Source: Octopus sinensis
Taxonomy: Eukaryota
Length of the DNA stretch: 64,000 nucleotides
Assembly (NCBI RefSeq): GCF_006345805.1
Contig: NC_042998.1
Location: 70,990,001-71,054,000, forward strand
Direction of reading: 5' to 3'
This document shows positions 13,023 to 26,110 of this stretch, piece by piece (the stretch's first letter is position 1; each line of letters begins with the position of its first letter). The notes under the pieces were generated by a model, which saw only the letters and a list, made by a program, of their open reading frames with translations, was not told where the DNA came from and made no database searches. The translations under genes were made by a program, and so were the position numbers.

Positions 13023-13108
13023 ATTTTCCTGAAGAGAAAGCTGCATAATGGACTCCTTATTCACTCGGAATTAGGGACTTTGCAGACTTCGAAACATATG
13101 TCGAAAAT
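13023..13108 (+). ncRNA. Type I hammerhead ribozyme with canonical core and long helix II
   Basis: AUUUUC / CUGAAGA (13029-13035) / GAA.GCUGCA...UGCAG.CUUC / GAAA / CAUAUG / UC (cut after 13102) / GAAAAU; all core nucleotides canonical; helix III ACAUAUGU is a perfect palindrome. Confidence 0.85.
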
Positions 13109-14196
13109 AAAATAAAGGAATTTTGTTAAATCTTCGTTCAGCTCCATTCTTTCCTATACTTATATATATATATATATATATATAACTATTATATATATTA
13201 TATATATATATATACATATATATTGTGGAAATGGATAAATAAATAGCATTTTACACTTTTACATCTGCGGGAAGTATTAAACTCATAGTTACACGAAAGG
13301 ATATCCTTTTCGTAAATAGTCCAACGTTAGGGGAACTTTCAGGTTCAAATCTCTCTGAAATTAATCACCGACTCAAGGACACTACTTTTAGAATCTTGAT
13401 CAATACATGTCGAGTCAAACTCCGAACAGCCTAAAAGTACTTTCTATCAATTTTGATAAAACTCCACACCCACACTCGACACTTGTCAGAAAATACCACA
13501 AACTTAGACTCATATGTATTTTGACCAAACTCCCGGGATTCCAACCTCCATAAAAATCATTAGACTCTTATACACAACATGCCTGTCTCGACGCTCTAAT
13601 ACATCGGTCTTAGACACCACTACTAAACACCGCTCCTACAAACGTCTGTTATACACCACATCTACAAAACCCTTTTATACATTACTCCTAGGCACCAACC
13701 TACGCACCACTGTCATCTATCATTTTTGCACATCACTATAACACATTGGTATTACGACGATGACACATCGCTATTAACTAACAGTCACTGTGATATTCCC
13801 TTACTAGTTTGGGTAAATATTATAAGAAACCGTGAATGATGGTATTGATGCAGAGATGGTTTCCATGATGCGAGATAGAATTAGCAACATCGTATCCATG
13901 CACAGACATGCCATTATTCTCCGGGTAACGTTATGCATCATTGCTCTGCTCTGGGTAAGGTGAAATAAATTTAGAAGACAGAATACAGCCAAATGATATT
14001 CCTTTACGGTGCAGTTGGCTTATTTTGTTCTGATATACAGTCTGTTAAACTATCAAGAAACAATACAGACGATACAATAAATAGATATAATAAAAATATA
14101 TGAAAAGAAAACAACAATAAACATGCAAAAATACCTTTCTTCTTTTACAAAACTATGAAATATGGACAGTAACGATCTGAATGTTCACTAAATATT

Positions 14197-14400
14197 CTTC
14201 TTCTTTCTTCTTCTTCTTCTTCTTCTTCTTCTTCTTCTTCTTCTTTTTTCCTTCTTCCTTCTTCTTCTTCTTCTTCTTCTTCTTCTTCTTCTTTCTTCTT
14301 TTCTTCTTCTTCTTCTTCTTTCTTCTTTTTCTTTGTCTTCTTCTTCTTCTTCTTCTCTTTCTTCTTCTTTCTTCTCTTCTTATTTTCGTTCTTCTATTTC
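14197..14400. repeat. (TTC)n microsatellite
   Basis: Long interrupted TTC run; source of the poly-F/L ORF. Confidence 0.95.
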
Positions 14401-14904
14401 GTCTGCCTAAACAATTGATTGTTTATAAATAGATTACAAATAACAGTATTTGCAAGTTTAGCATTGAAAGCTGTGAAGCTAGTTGTTGCTACATACATAC
14501 ATACATACATACAACATACATACATACATACCTACATGTATGTATGTATGTATGTATGTATATATATGTATATAGATATATATAATATATAATATATATA
14601 TATATATATGTGTGGGTGTATGTATACTGCATGTATGTATATGCATATATAGATGTGCAAGAGAATTCAAATTCAAACAACTTCATATCTCCTTAGAAGT
14701 TTCGTAACCGATGAATCATATCAAATGTAAACAAGAGTTGTTTAGATTTCTGTAGCAACGATTACTGCCAATTGTCGGGTCGTGTTGAACATGGTTTCAG
14801 TACGCCAGTAAGAGAACAAAAATTGCTTTATTATTTACTCGTAAAAATTTAGTCCATTTGAAATATATGTTAAAGAGTTAGATTAATAGTCTCTCTCTCT
14901 CTCA

Positions 14905-14954
<50 letters not shown>

Positions 14955-15055
14955 TGCAACATAAGAAGAAAATAATAAAAACGCCGTGTAAACAATAATA
15001 GCAGGAGGATTAGAAAAATAAAATAAATAGCTTTACTTTACAGAGGAACTGTATT

Positions 15056-15195
15056 TTAAATAATAATAACGATGATGACGATGATGACAATAATAATGAT
15101 AATAATAATAATAATAATAATAATAATATAATAATAATAATAATAATAAGAAGAAGAAGAAGAAAAGAAGAAGAAGAAAAAGAGGAAAACAACAA
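15056..15195. repeat. (TAA)/(GAT)/(GAA) compound trinucleotide repeat
   Basis: Direct reading of the sequence. Confidence 0.9.
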
Positions 15196-15249
15196 CAACG
15201 AGGTACATTACATTGCTTAGAGTAATGTGTATTTACTGAATTATATCCG

Positions 15250-15306
15250 ACCGAAACCTCTGGTCATTGTACAATAATATATCTATATATATAATATATA
15301 TATAAT

Positions 15307-15349
<43 letters not shown>

Positions 15350-15626
15350 AAGCTTCATGCCACGACGAATGGCGATTGAAAGATAACTAATGGTAGACTT
15401 GCTAGGCTACTTTATTCGTTGAAGCATATATTGACACTTGAATAAACTTTGGATTGAAATGCTTCTAACGGAAATAGATACAATATAGATTCTCGAGAAA
15501 TGAATATACGTATATACACAAAATACACGCAGTTAAAATCACGCACAACAAGCGTACACACGTATAAACACATACATACATATATATATATATGTGTGTG
15601 TGTGTATATATTTATATATATATATA

Positions 15627-15659
<33 letters not shown>

Positions 15660-15682
15660 GTATGTACGTATACATGTATATG

Positions 15683-15729
<47 letters not shown>

Positions 15730-16129
15730 GTATATATATATATACATATATATAATACAAAATTAAATACTTCGTATATCTAAGCTTATTAGTTGTATTG
15801 CTTAATATATATAAATTTGTGTTCTTGTTTGGCTTTCGTCTTAAATATATTTTGAAGTATTTTGGTTTTGTTTCTCGTATTTTAGTGAATGTCATGTTCC
15901 ACATAAGGCAATTTCGATCAGCAGCCCGTGAGACACTGTAAGTAGCCTTAGAAATATATTTTTATCGCTAGCGAAATTCTAAAAGTAAAATTGTCACATC
16001 AAAGGAATACGTCTACCTTTATTCGTAAATAATCAAATTATGCCATGATTATATTTCGGTAGGCTTTTGATTCATGTTCTCATATAAACTCCACTTACTC
16101 ACACACGCACGCACACAGACACACAGACA

Positions 16130-16163
<34 letters not shown>

Positions 16164-16408
16164 ATCAAACGCTGAGATACACACATATACACAAATAGAC
16201 ACTAAGACACACATACATACACGCATATACAAGCACATACACGAACACTCAAGCAGACAAAAATGTACACATATTCCTTGGTTTCCTATGTGTGTATATA
16301 TATGTATATATATATATGTGTGTGTGTGTGTGTTTATGTTTATGTTTGTGTGCTCATGTGTGTGTGTATGTATATATATAGTATATATATATATGTATAT
16401 ATATATGT

Positions 16409-16449
<41 letters not shown>

Positions 16450-16490
16450 TGTAGGTATATATATATATAATATTATATATATATATAACG
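15250..16490. repeat. Clustered TA/TG/CA microsatellite blocks
   Basis: Several dinucleotide runs separated by short unique stretches. Confidence 0.8.
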
Positions 16491-16641
16491 TGATCACGTG
16501 ATATCATGTGACCGACCAGTCCATCAGGGTAGTTACACATCGCTGGTCACAATGCGTTTGCATTGTTTTTTAGCCTTCGAATGACGCCACCCCCGCTGGC
16601 TAAGCGAGCAGGCCAATATATTATATATATATATATATACA

Positions 16642-16835
16642 CGAGGGGACTTTGAGAAGCTCCTGGATTTGGGTAGAAGATACTGGTGGAACAGGTAATT
16701 TGATTTTTTCAAAATATTCCCCTTTCAGATCCCTCTTCACTTTTTCTAAGCCCTGTAAAAGAACTTAGAATGTTGGGTCTCCAGCCAAATCTTTCGCTAT
16801 AACTTTAAAGATAGGAATTTTTCAGCACCCTCTCG
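16642..16835 (-). mobile_element. Mariner-derived MITE
   Basis: Imperfect TIRs cgagggg..gagaagctcc / ttttcagcaccctctcg; the internal part matches the reverse complement of 56698-56911. Confidence 0.65.
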
Positions 16836-16874
16836 TTTGTGTGTGTGTGTGAGTGTGTGTGTGTGTGTGTTTGT

Positions 16875-16912
<38 letters not shown>

Positions 16913-16913
16913 A

Positions 16914-17781
16914 CACAGACATGACTCAATTAAATAGATATTCCATAAAACATCGTTTTGTTAAGGGAAGTGTGGAGGATAATCCTTGTTCCAAGGCCTC
17001 TGACATAGATGAACAAGTTGATGTTTGTCTCAGCAAAGCAGTCAGTATCTCCGCAAACTACTATGGCAGAGAAGCAAATAGGAAGCCACATCTTCGACCA
17101 GCCAATATCAAGCAGAGAAAAGATTGGGCCAGTGAGATGATAGATAAGCCACCAGCATTTTCAGACACTGTCATATTCTCATATGAGTCCAGATTTTCCG
17201 TATTTTCTGACAGTGTTTGAGTGTGCATATGGAGATTCTGTGGTCAAGAATTTGAAACGCAGCGGCTATTCTATCATGGTTTTGAGAGCAATCTGGAGCA
17301 AAGGTGAATCTGAGTTGGTGGAGTGTGACGGAAACTCAGATATTATAGAAAGGACTCCTTCCAATCTTCTCCAGTGGTGAAATCATTAAGGAAGACTCTT
17401 TATTTATGGAAGATGGGATTCCTTGTGACACAGCTAAAAAAGACCCAAGATTGATTAGAAGTGGGTAGCAACGCCAGTCACCAGATAAAAACCCTATTGA
17501 ACACCTCTGGGACATAATGAACAGAACACTTCGTAAGAAGGACACGAAAGCATCCTCAAAGCCAGACCTTTTGAGATTACTGCATAAAATTTGACAAGAA
17601 ATTCCTCATGGGAATATTCGTCATCTGATCAGCAGCATGCCTAATAGAGTTCTTGCATTGAAAAATGCAAAAGGCATGTTTACTAAATATTAGATATTCA
17701 CATAATAACTAATACATAATTTGAAAGAATTATTTTAGAGATAAATAAATTTTGAAGATTATAACTCCTGTCATGTCCGTG
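16914..17781 (+). mobile_element. Internally deleted Tc1-family (DD34E) transposon
   Basis: TIRs cacagacatgac (16914) / gtcatgtccgtg+TA (17781). Translation ANRKPHL...KDWA...VIFSYESRFSVFSD, FMEDGIPCDTA, QSPDKNPIEHLWD, SMPNRVLALKNAKGMFTKY* (stop about 17693); frameshifted. Confidence 0.9.
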
Positions 17782-18184
17782 TATATATATATATATATAT
17801 ATATATGAGCAGAAATCGTCAGATGCAGCACGGAATATTGGTCTGAAAGAGTTGCGGTCTCAAAGCGACGAAACTATTTTGGCAAATTAAATTTAAATGT
17901 TGAAGTGATTCTAACGGTTTTTGAGTGTTTCTTAAATGGCTTATAAACACCTTTCAAGCTGCAATTGACCTTACTATACTGTGTAGTCGACAAAATCAAA
18001 AAGAAACAAGCACGTGAGCTAAATGTAAAGTATAAAATGGTGACAAGTTACCCATGACACCTTGTATATGTATATATATTTATAGATGAAAAGTCGTTAG
18101 GAGTCCATACAAATCACAAATTACAGTTAAAAAATAAATAATGTTGGAAAAGGCACAAAAGTATATTTTAGTGAATGTTTAATA

Positions 18185-18223
18185 AAATGTTACCGGTTTC
18201 GATGTATCCATCTTATCAAATTT
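18185..18223 (-). ncRNA. Type I hammerhead ribozyme, U3-A8 variant, weak helix I
   Basis: Reverse complement: AAAU / UUGAUAA / GAUG-GAUA-CAUC / GAAA / CCGG / UA / ACAUUU. Confidence 0.6.
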
Positions 18224-18757
18224 AGAATGAATTTTGGTGGGGGTCAGAGAGCAAAAACATTTTTGGCGGGGTTTAAAAATTTGTACCCAAATTTGAGTTC
18301 TTAATGAAATCTTGCTTTAGTCAATCACTTATAAATGGTATGTCTGTAGGGTTAAGGTGGAGTTCAAGAGTTCAAATTTCAGGAAGTCTTTTGAGTTGAT
18401 TGAAAAGCTCCTCATTTATGGTTTACCCAGATGTGTGCGTGTTTGGAATCTATTGTCGAAAATATTTTTCTTTATTTCTTTCTCTATTGGGGGAAAATGG
18501 TTGAATGCTTTTTTAAAGGATGGTTATTCAGAGAATTAAGGTCGAATTATTTGCCATTTATTTGCTGTGTGTGTGTTCGAAAAAGAAAAAAAAAAATGTT
18601 TCTGACAATAAATTCCAAACGCACACAGCTGGGTAAACCATGAATAAGGAGCTTCCCAACCAATTCAAAACAATGGAAACCAGTAATATCTTATTGAACG
18701 TGCTCTAAAATATATTTCTGTGCCTTTTCCAACTTTATTTACTTTGTTTTTACTATA

Positions 18758-18956
18758 CAGTAACCCTTCGCCATATCGCGGCTCACCTTTCGCTGTTCAC
18801 CTATAGCGGTTCACCTATCGCAGTTTATTATTTAAGTTTACGTCGATGTCGATTCCTCCGTGGTGTTGTTTTTAATAAAATAAAATAAATTTTAAAAATA
18901 ACACTTATGGTGGGGATTTTTGGTACGTAACACCCGCAAAATTCGAGGGATTACTG
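18758..18956. mobile_element. pogo/Tigger-like MITE
   Basis: TA + cagtaacccttcgccatatcgcgg ... cccgcaaaattcgagggattactg TIR pair, about 199 bp, with an internal tcacctatcgc subrepeat. Confidence 0.75.
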
Positions 18957-18976
18957 TGGGATACATACATTCACTT

Positions 18977-19044
<68 letters not shown>

Positions 19045-19071
19045 TACATACATCATACTTATATATATGTA

Positions 19072-19304
19072 TTATAAAATAAAGGCAAAAGAAAATTTCT
19101 AATGCTAAATATGCCGAAAATGGACAAATTATCAATAACTATTATAATTTATGCGTCTCGAAACAAGCCGATACGGTAATAACGGAATCTTTAAGAAATT
19201 TCTATCGGCTTGTTTCGAGACGCATAAATTATAATGGTTACTGACAATTTGTCTATTTTCGGCATATTTGGCATTATGATTTTTCTTTTGCCCTTATTTT
19301 ATAA
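19072..19304. repeat. Inverted repeat, about 102-bp arms, 29-bp spacer
   Basis: 19072-19173 is about 90% identical to the reverse complement of 19203-19304; the innermost 33 bp are perfect. Confidence 0.9.
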
Positions 19305-19415
19305 GTTATTTGTAAATTTAACCTTTAAAGGTATTTTTTAATATGCTGGCCATTGATACATTTTTTTTCGAAAAAAATTTATTCTACATTAGATATATAT
19401 ATATACACACACACG

Positions 19416-19456
<41 letters not shown>

Positions 19457-19476
19457 CTGTGTGTGTATTTATGTGA

Positions 19477-19790
19477 AGGAACATGGTTTAGTGGTTAGAG
19501 CGTTGGGTCACATTCATAAGGTAGTTCGATTCAGGGACCGGATTGTGTGTTGTGTTCTTGAGCAAAACACTTTATTTCACGTTGCTCCAGTTCACTCAGC
19601 TGTAGAAATGAGTTGCGTTGTCACTCGTGCCAAGATGTATTGGACTTTGAGTTTACCTTGAACAACATTGGTGATGTAGAGAAAGGAGGCTAGTATGTAT
19701 CGGCGACTGCATGATATTCCTCAGACTAGTTATTTCTTGGAGGGGAACTTTCTAGGAGCAATTCCAAGGTCATTTGTTTCCGAAGTCGGT
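19477..19790 (+). mobile_element. tRNA-derived SINE (family D)
   Basis: tggtttagtggttagagcg A box, gttcgattc B box, then the central block ttgagcaaaacactttatttcacgttgctccagttcactcagctgtagaaatgag. Confidence 0.7.
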
Positions 19791-20050
19791 CTTGCCCCGT
19801 TATGTATATTTGTGTGTGTATGTATTATTTGAAAAGGTTCGATCGTCTCTATACCACTAGCTCGTTCAGGCTCAGGTTACTAGTAATCAGAACATGACCG
19901 AGCTAGGTTTCCGTAAGAAGCCTGTGAAAAGAAGTCGCTTGGAGTCGGATCAAGCTGTTTTAAACAACATATGTATGTTTGTCCTTTTGTATATATGTTT
20001 ACACATGCACATACACACACACGTACACTCACACACGCACACACGCACAC

Positions 20051-20143
<93 letters not shown>

Positions 20144-20144
<1 letters not shown>

Positions 20145-21422
20145 TAGGTTGTCAACCATGAAATTTGTAGAAAAGAAAATTAGTTTGCTGTTTTATAAAT
20201 ACAAGGAATAGTTTTATTCATCAAAGTATGCACCCATATTGTCAATACACTTTTGCCATTTCAGCAGTAGCTTGTCCAGCACGGAAATGTAAAAGCCTGG
20301 CAATCTAGCGTCAATAAAATCTTGGAAGGCCTGTTTTACACCATCTGAATTAAACATTTTTCCTTTCAAAACTTTATCCAAATTCTGCAAGACGTATTAG
20401 TCAGTGGTGGCAAGATCAGGTGAGTATGGTGGATGATAGAGAACTTCCAACTCCAACTTCTGTAGTTTCGCCAATGTCATTTTTGCGATGTGTGGTCTGG
20501 CGTTGTCTTGCAGTAAAATAGAAGTTGATCTGCTAACTAATCTAGGCTTTGTATTGTAAGTTTCTGCATTATTTGGTCCAGTTGGCTGCAGTATACTGCC
20601 ACCATGATTAATGAGCCAGGTTTAATGAAATCATAATGGATCACACCTGCGCCAGATCACCAAACACACACCATCAGCTTATTTTAAAGAAATTTGTTTT
20701 TGGACTGTGTTTTGGTGGCTCATCTCTGTCCTACCATTGTGCTGAACATTTACGGTTATTGTATTGGATCCAATTCTCATTTCGTGTTACGATTCGATTT
20801 AAAAAAGTATTCATTTTTGTCAAGAGAAAGTAGCATAATGCAGGTTTCCAAACGTTACTGAATCTGATTTTCATTGAGTTCATGTGGAACCCACTTATCC
20901 AACTTTTTCACTTTAGCGATTTGAACTAGGTGAGTCAATATTGTTTGCTTGCTAACACCAAAGAACAACAATATTTCACAAACACTTTGAGATGGATCTG
21001 ACTCGACGGTGGCTTTCAGTTCACCATTATACACCTTTGTTTCTGGTAGACCACATTGATCATTTGTGAGGTCAAAGTTACTATAACGAAATTTTGCAAA
21101 CCAATTTGATAATGTTTGCTGTGTAATAGCATTAGAATGAAATACTTCATTAATATTCCGAGCTGTCTGTGATGCTGTATTTCCAAGAAAGAATTCATAT
21201 TTCAAAACTGTACGAATTTCTGACTTATTCATCTCTAAACAAAATAGCAAAATAATATTTATAAATACTTTATAAAGCGCGAAATGAGTTATAATAAAAA
21301 AATAGATATGTCAGCTTATTAACAAAAACATAATGATTGTCAAAACATAATAATGGCGCAAAATGAGCAGCTGTCAATGTTTAGCATATACCTTACTACA
21401 AATTTCATACTTGACGACCTAA
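20144..21422 (-). mobile_element. Full-length mariner (DD34D) transposon with inactivated transposase
   Basis: 27-bp TIRs (ttaggttgtcaaccatgaaatttgtag vs reverse complement ttaggtcgtcaagtatgaaatttgtag), TA at both ends, 1279 bp. Translation MNKSEIRTVLKYEF...KKLDKWVPHEL and HPPYSPDLA; frameshifts and stops after the WVPHEL motif. Confidence 0.95.
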
Positions 21423-23145
21423 TATATGTGTGTATGTTCCGAGACAGTGGTGAGTTAATGTAAACATGTGAGTGCGTGTTTTACATTATTACAGCAGTGC
21501 GACTTTAATTGAAACGACACAAAACCAGTTTATATTTGTTTAATATCTGTTTTATTAAAGTGTAAATACATTATCTTTATATTTAGAATATTTCAAACGT
21601 GAACGTCTCAAAATTTCAAAATTCGTGTTACATGTAATCTCAGTATTATGTTATAAATGATCTAAATGATTTACAGAAGAAAGTTTGTCCCGAATTATTT
21701 ATTGTCGTGTTTTTGTATGATTTTTCGCATGTTAGTGAATTATCGCTGTACAATGTTTTACATGGTTTAATCATAACCATATATATTAGGTCAGAATAAA
21801 GTAAGGAGCTATGGTGTATAGATGCATAAATTAAAATCAAAACGTCAATTTTTTGTTGACGTTATAATGTTTCATGACTCTTGTGTTTGATTCGTGAAAA
21901 AATTCTATCAATTTGTGCAGTTTCCGTTTAATAAATTTATAGTAATTTGTATATGAAACCAGGGGCATATATCTACTGAGAAACACACTTTTGATATTTC
22001 TTGAATGGATAGAGGTTGTTCCAATATCATTCTTCTTTGAACATGTTTTCTGTAATTTTTACAGTTTATATGTTTTTCTGCGTGCATGTTAATCTCCAGG
22101 AAGGAACTATGTTCTGTGTATACTTATGTATTAAACTAATGGTTGAGAGTACGATACCTCTACTTTCGACGACTGATATCAATAATCAACATAACATAAC
22201 TGCAACCCGAGAATAAAATTGTAGATTCTATAATGTCGATAGGTACATAAACGTAGCGCTACCTATTTACATCGAAATGATTGTTTGCCAATATATTTAT
22301 GAATAGCTTCGCAAGAGGAGCTGCACATTCAGATAGCAGAATCCATAGTAAAATTAAGTTTATGAAGCTAATAAAATTATCGAACTATATTGCTTTATTG
22401 AATTAGAATTGCATCTCTACATTGTAGAACCTCATATGTTCGGCGCTATGGATGTAAAAGAAATACATGCATACATACTTACACACGCACATATTGGTAG
22501 ATAGACAGAGATACTGAATGACAAACACATACACACATACAGACACACATATATATAAGATACACACACACTCATATATATGAAACGAGATTTTCTTATC
22601 ATTTATGAATACAATTTATTTTGTATTATTTATGTTCTAACTTGATGAAACCGTAAAATAGAATATGTTATGCTTACATTGTGAAATTATGTTAACACCC
22701 TGATAGATATTCCATATCAATTGTACTTGTAAATCTGTGTCAATAGCAAACAAACAATATGCAGGTCCCTCCTTACAAATAACTAAGAGTAAAAACTAAA
22801 AATCATATGATATTTTTAGGATCACTATATTTTGTGGGAATGGTGGAGCAGATGTCCAGTTAGACTTTCTCTATGTAGATAGATGAGATCTAGTGGAGAT
22901 GATATGAGAATTACCTGACTCATGGGAAAGATGGTACAAGATATTAAAATTTGGAAGATCAGCAGAGACTGGATTTCTAAGTTTTTCTTACATATCATAA
23001 AAGCTTCTGAATCAGCGTATGTCTGGCAGGAGAAGAGTCCTAACTGCATATATTACATACATATGAAGAAAATTAAAGTGGAGAAGGATAGACAGAGTGG
23101 AAAGCCTGATATATATGAAAGAACATTAAAAAGTTGACAGATCCT

Positions 23146-23300
23146 CTGCGTGGAGTGGCTGTGTGGTAAGTAGCTTGTTTACCAGCCACATGGTTCCGGG
23201 TTCAGCCCCACTGCGTGGTTCCTTGGGTAAGTGTCTTCTATTATAGCCTGGGGCCGACCAAAGCCTTGTCAATGGATTTGGAAACTGAAAGAAGCCCGTC
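23146..23300 (+). mobile_element. tRNA-derived SINE (family A), 5' half
   Basis: ggagtggctgtgtggtaagtagcttg...ggttccgggttca...ccgaccaaagccttgt...gaaactgaaagaagcccgtc, matching the copies at 34491, 56926 and 61702. Confidence 0.9.
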
Positions 23301-23640
23301 TTCTTCTTCTTCTTCTTCTTCTTCTTCTTCTTCTTCTCCTCCTCCTCCTCCTTCTCCTCCTTCTTCTTCTTCTTCTTCTTCTTCTTCTCCTCCTTCTTCT
23401 TCTTCTGCTTCTTCCTCTCTTCTTCTTCTTCTTCTTCTTTTGCTGCTACTGCTGCTGCTCCAACTACTGATGCTGGTGTTGAAAATGCTTTTGCTGTTAC
23501 TCCTCTACCCCCATCATCCTCAATATAATCGTTATCGTCGTCATCGTTGTCATCGTCATTGTCATCATTGTTGTCGTCATCATCACCATCATCATCATCA
23601 TCATCATTATCATCAACGTCACAATAATAATGATAATGAA
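23298..23640. repeat. (TTC)/(CCT)/(GCT)/(CAT) compound trinucleotide repeats
   Basis: Direct reading; source of the poly-S/L/H/K/D ORFs. Confidence 0.9.
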
Positions 23641-23722
23641 AATTGGCTGATCTGTTTTTCAAGATACGTTCGATATGTAATTTAATGTGAATAACCGTTG
23701 GCACAATTCATTTTCAACTCAG

Positions 23723-23799
23723 TTCTCTCGTAGAAGAGGGCCGTCTGTTAGAGGAGTTGCGCCTACAAGGAATAGCATTCTTAATTAGCTTCAATTTGA
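23723..23799 (+). CDS. Candidate exon of the unidentified host gene (SLVEEGRLLEELRLQGIAFLISFNL)
   Basis: cattttcaactcAG acceptor, GTgaaa donor, open protein-like frame, phase 2 to 1; an alternative acceptor at 23733 is possible. Confidence 0.3.
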
Positions 23800-24249
23800 G
23801 TGAAAAAATCTAATTTTCTAGATCTCTGCTATAATCGTTAAGAGATGCAAAAGTAGCCTGAGGCGTTACATATTCCTTTCACGTTTGGTTAAATCAATTA
23901 AGTGGTTTAAGATAACTCGATACAAGAAGTAAAATGGCGAACTTTAATGCATTTTGATTATTTACCAAACTGCGGCATAGTTTTGATTAATATTTCGTGC
24001 TAACTCTACATATGAATAATTGTACCCAAACACATATAAAGTATAATAACCAACTACATATGTATGTATGTATATATGTATATATATACACATATATACA
24101 TACATATATATTTATGTTTGTATATATATATATATGTATATATATATCTACATATATATGGAAATATGCACAGCCATGTACATACACAAACACGCGAATG
24201 TACACTCACACACAGTCACACGATCATACACATTTACACATATCTATCT

Positions 24250-24420
24250 GCTTACCTACCCATCCTACCTACGTACCTACCTACTAACCTACCTACCTGC
24301 CTGCCTACCTACCTACCTACCTACCTACATACCTATATACCTACCTACCTACCTGCGTCCTTCCCTCCCTCCATCCCTCCATCCATCCATCCCTACATAC
24401 CTACCTACCCACCTACCTAC
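24250..24420. repeat. (CCTA)n tetranucleotide repeat
   Basis: Direct reading. Confidence 0.9.
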
Positions 24421-24435
24421 ATCTATGTCTTGTAA

Positions 24436-24770
24436 CTCCTGTTTGTTTCAACCATTGAACTACGGCCATACTGGGGAACCAAATTGAAGAATTTACGTCG
24501 AACGAATCAACCCACTAAATAATTTTGTAAAGCCTGGTACTTATTCTATCCATCTCTTTTGCCGTGGCGCTAAGTAACAAAGGTGTAAATGCAACAACAC
24601 CACTTGCTATGCGGTGGAGAGAAATAAACACAGACACAAAATCGCGTACACATACACACATACACACACATTTACGCGACAGGCTTCTTTCAGTTTTCTC
24701 TTTACCAAATCGACTCGCAAAGGTTTGGTTGGACCAATGCTATAATAGAAGACACTTGACGTATATTCCA
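24436..24770 (-). mobile_element. tRNA-derived SINE (family A), diverged and 5'-truncated
   Basis: Reverse complement matches caagtgtcttctattatagc...gaaactgaaagaagcctgtc...ataagtacc...ccccagtatggcc. Confidence 0.8.
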
Positions 24771-25769
24771 GTAGTAATTCTTCTCCAAATAATCAGTATT
24801 CTTCAGATGTTAAACTTCACATATGGAATGACATATTGTATATCTTGGAGAATGTTATCTACCTATAGATTTAATGTTGATTTGTACAGCTAAAGATTCG
24901 GATTTCACCTTAGGTAGATATATTCTAACATATTGCGTGCAATACCCCGGCCCTACAAGTAAAATCTGTATATCTCATGTTTCTAAATTATATTCGATTT
25001 GGCGACACTTAATTGTAAACTCTATCTCTGAAATTTATTCCTTTTTAGTTGGCTTAACTCTAGTGGATGAAATATACTCTTACCTAATTTATGATCTTGT
25101 ATTCATGACTCGTAAATTCAAACCTTAGGATCATCATAGGGTCAATCTGATAACCGATTTTATAGTGGTATCGTGTTTCTAAATGTTCCTCTCTCTCATG
25201 CCTTGCACTCAAAAGCAATTGTTCCCTATCAAGTACAATATTACCTAAACGATCGTACTTTTAGTTCGCTTCAAACTACAACAGTGGCAACACCTTGAAT
25301 AAAGCTGCATAGACTCTTAACACATGAACAAATTGAATGAACGCAAATGTAAATACATTGTGAGATATCCATGCAGCAGAAACATATGTCGGACACGTTA
25401 AAATTTTTGCTGTATAATTAACTTTAATAGTAAAAACTGTTTAGATGTATTACTCTTCGTATATGAATTGTCTTGGATATGCACTCAGTAAACTGTTTGT
25501 AATCCAACGAAATGAATCCAGGATTTACTCATGTGATGAAATACACTGAGGATATTATTTACCTGGACTAATAATAGATTGTTCCTTACAATTCGATGCA
25601 GTTAGCCATATATTGGAATATAATAGTGTGATTGAATGGTACACACATACATACATACATACGTACGTACGTACGTACATACATACATACATACATACAT
25701 ACATACATACATACAATCTAGAAACAATCATCTTTTGTATTTTAGGTACCGTGGTATGAATATTCAGTA

Positions 25770-26020
25770 ACACTTTCGGCTTTAATCTGGAAATTTAAAG
25801 ACGCAGGCACCAGTTTCGACATCAAATGGAAAATCCTATCCAAATCCAGAGACTATATTAACAGGTCCCAAAAATTTTCAGTGTGTTCTCTTTAATAATT
25901 CTATATTTTAAAGAACTTGAGAATCTCCACCGAATACATAAAGTCGAGGTACGCGATGTTTACTGTATATTCACATTTCACGAAACACAACTTGCCGGAA
26001 TTTAAAAACAGAGCCCCGCT
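25770..26020 (+). pseudogene. C-terminal fragment of a Naiad-like Penelope-like element endonuclease region
   Basis: Translation LSALIWK(F)KDAGTSFDIKWKILSKSRDYINRSQK then a degenerate H..KH tail; HHR-like motifs follow directly. Confidence 0.6.
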
Positions 26021-26110
26021 TAACATCGTATTTTTGTAACTTTGTTTTCCTCCCTTGTGCTATTCTTCTTGTCTTCTTTAAAAGGATTTCTTGTTTGAAT
26101 GTCATTAAAA

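Noticed and set aside
15236-15270. GACC-GAAA-CCUCUGG-UC half-hammerhead
   Set aside because: The 5' core and the helix II 5' arm are absent; at best a deleted relic.
17843-17880. CUGAAAGA-GUUGC...GCGAC-GAAAC as an HHR
   Set aside because: There is an extra core base, and no cleavage triplet followed by a helix I partner.
19150-19175. CUCGAAAC in the 19-kb inverted repeat as an HHR
   Set aside because: No CUGANGA/UUGANAA or helix II 5' arm upstream in either arm.
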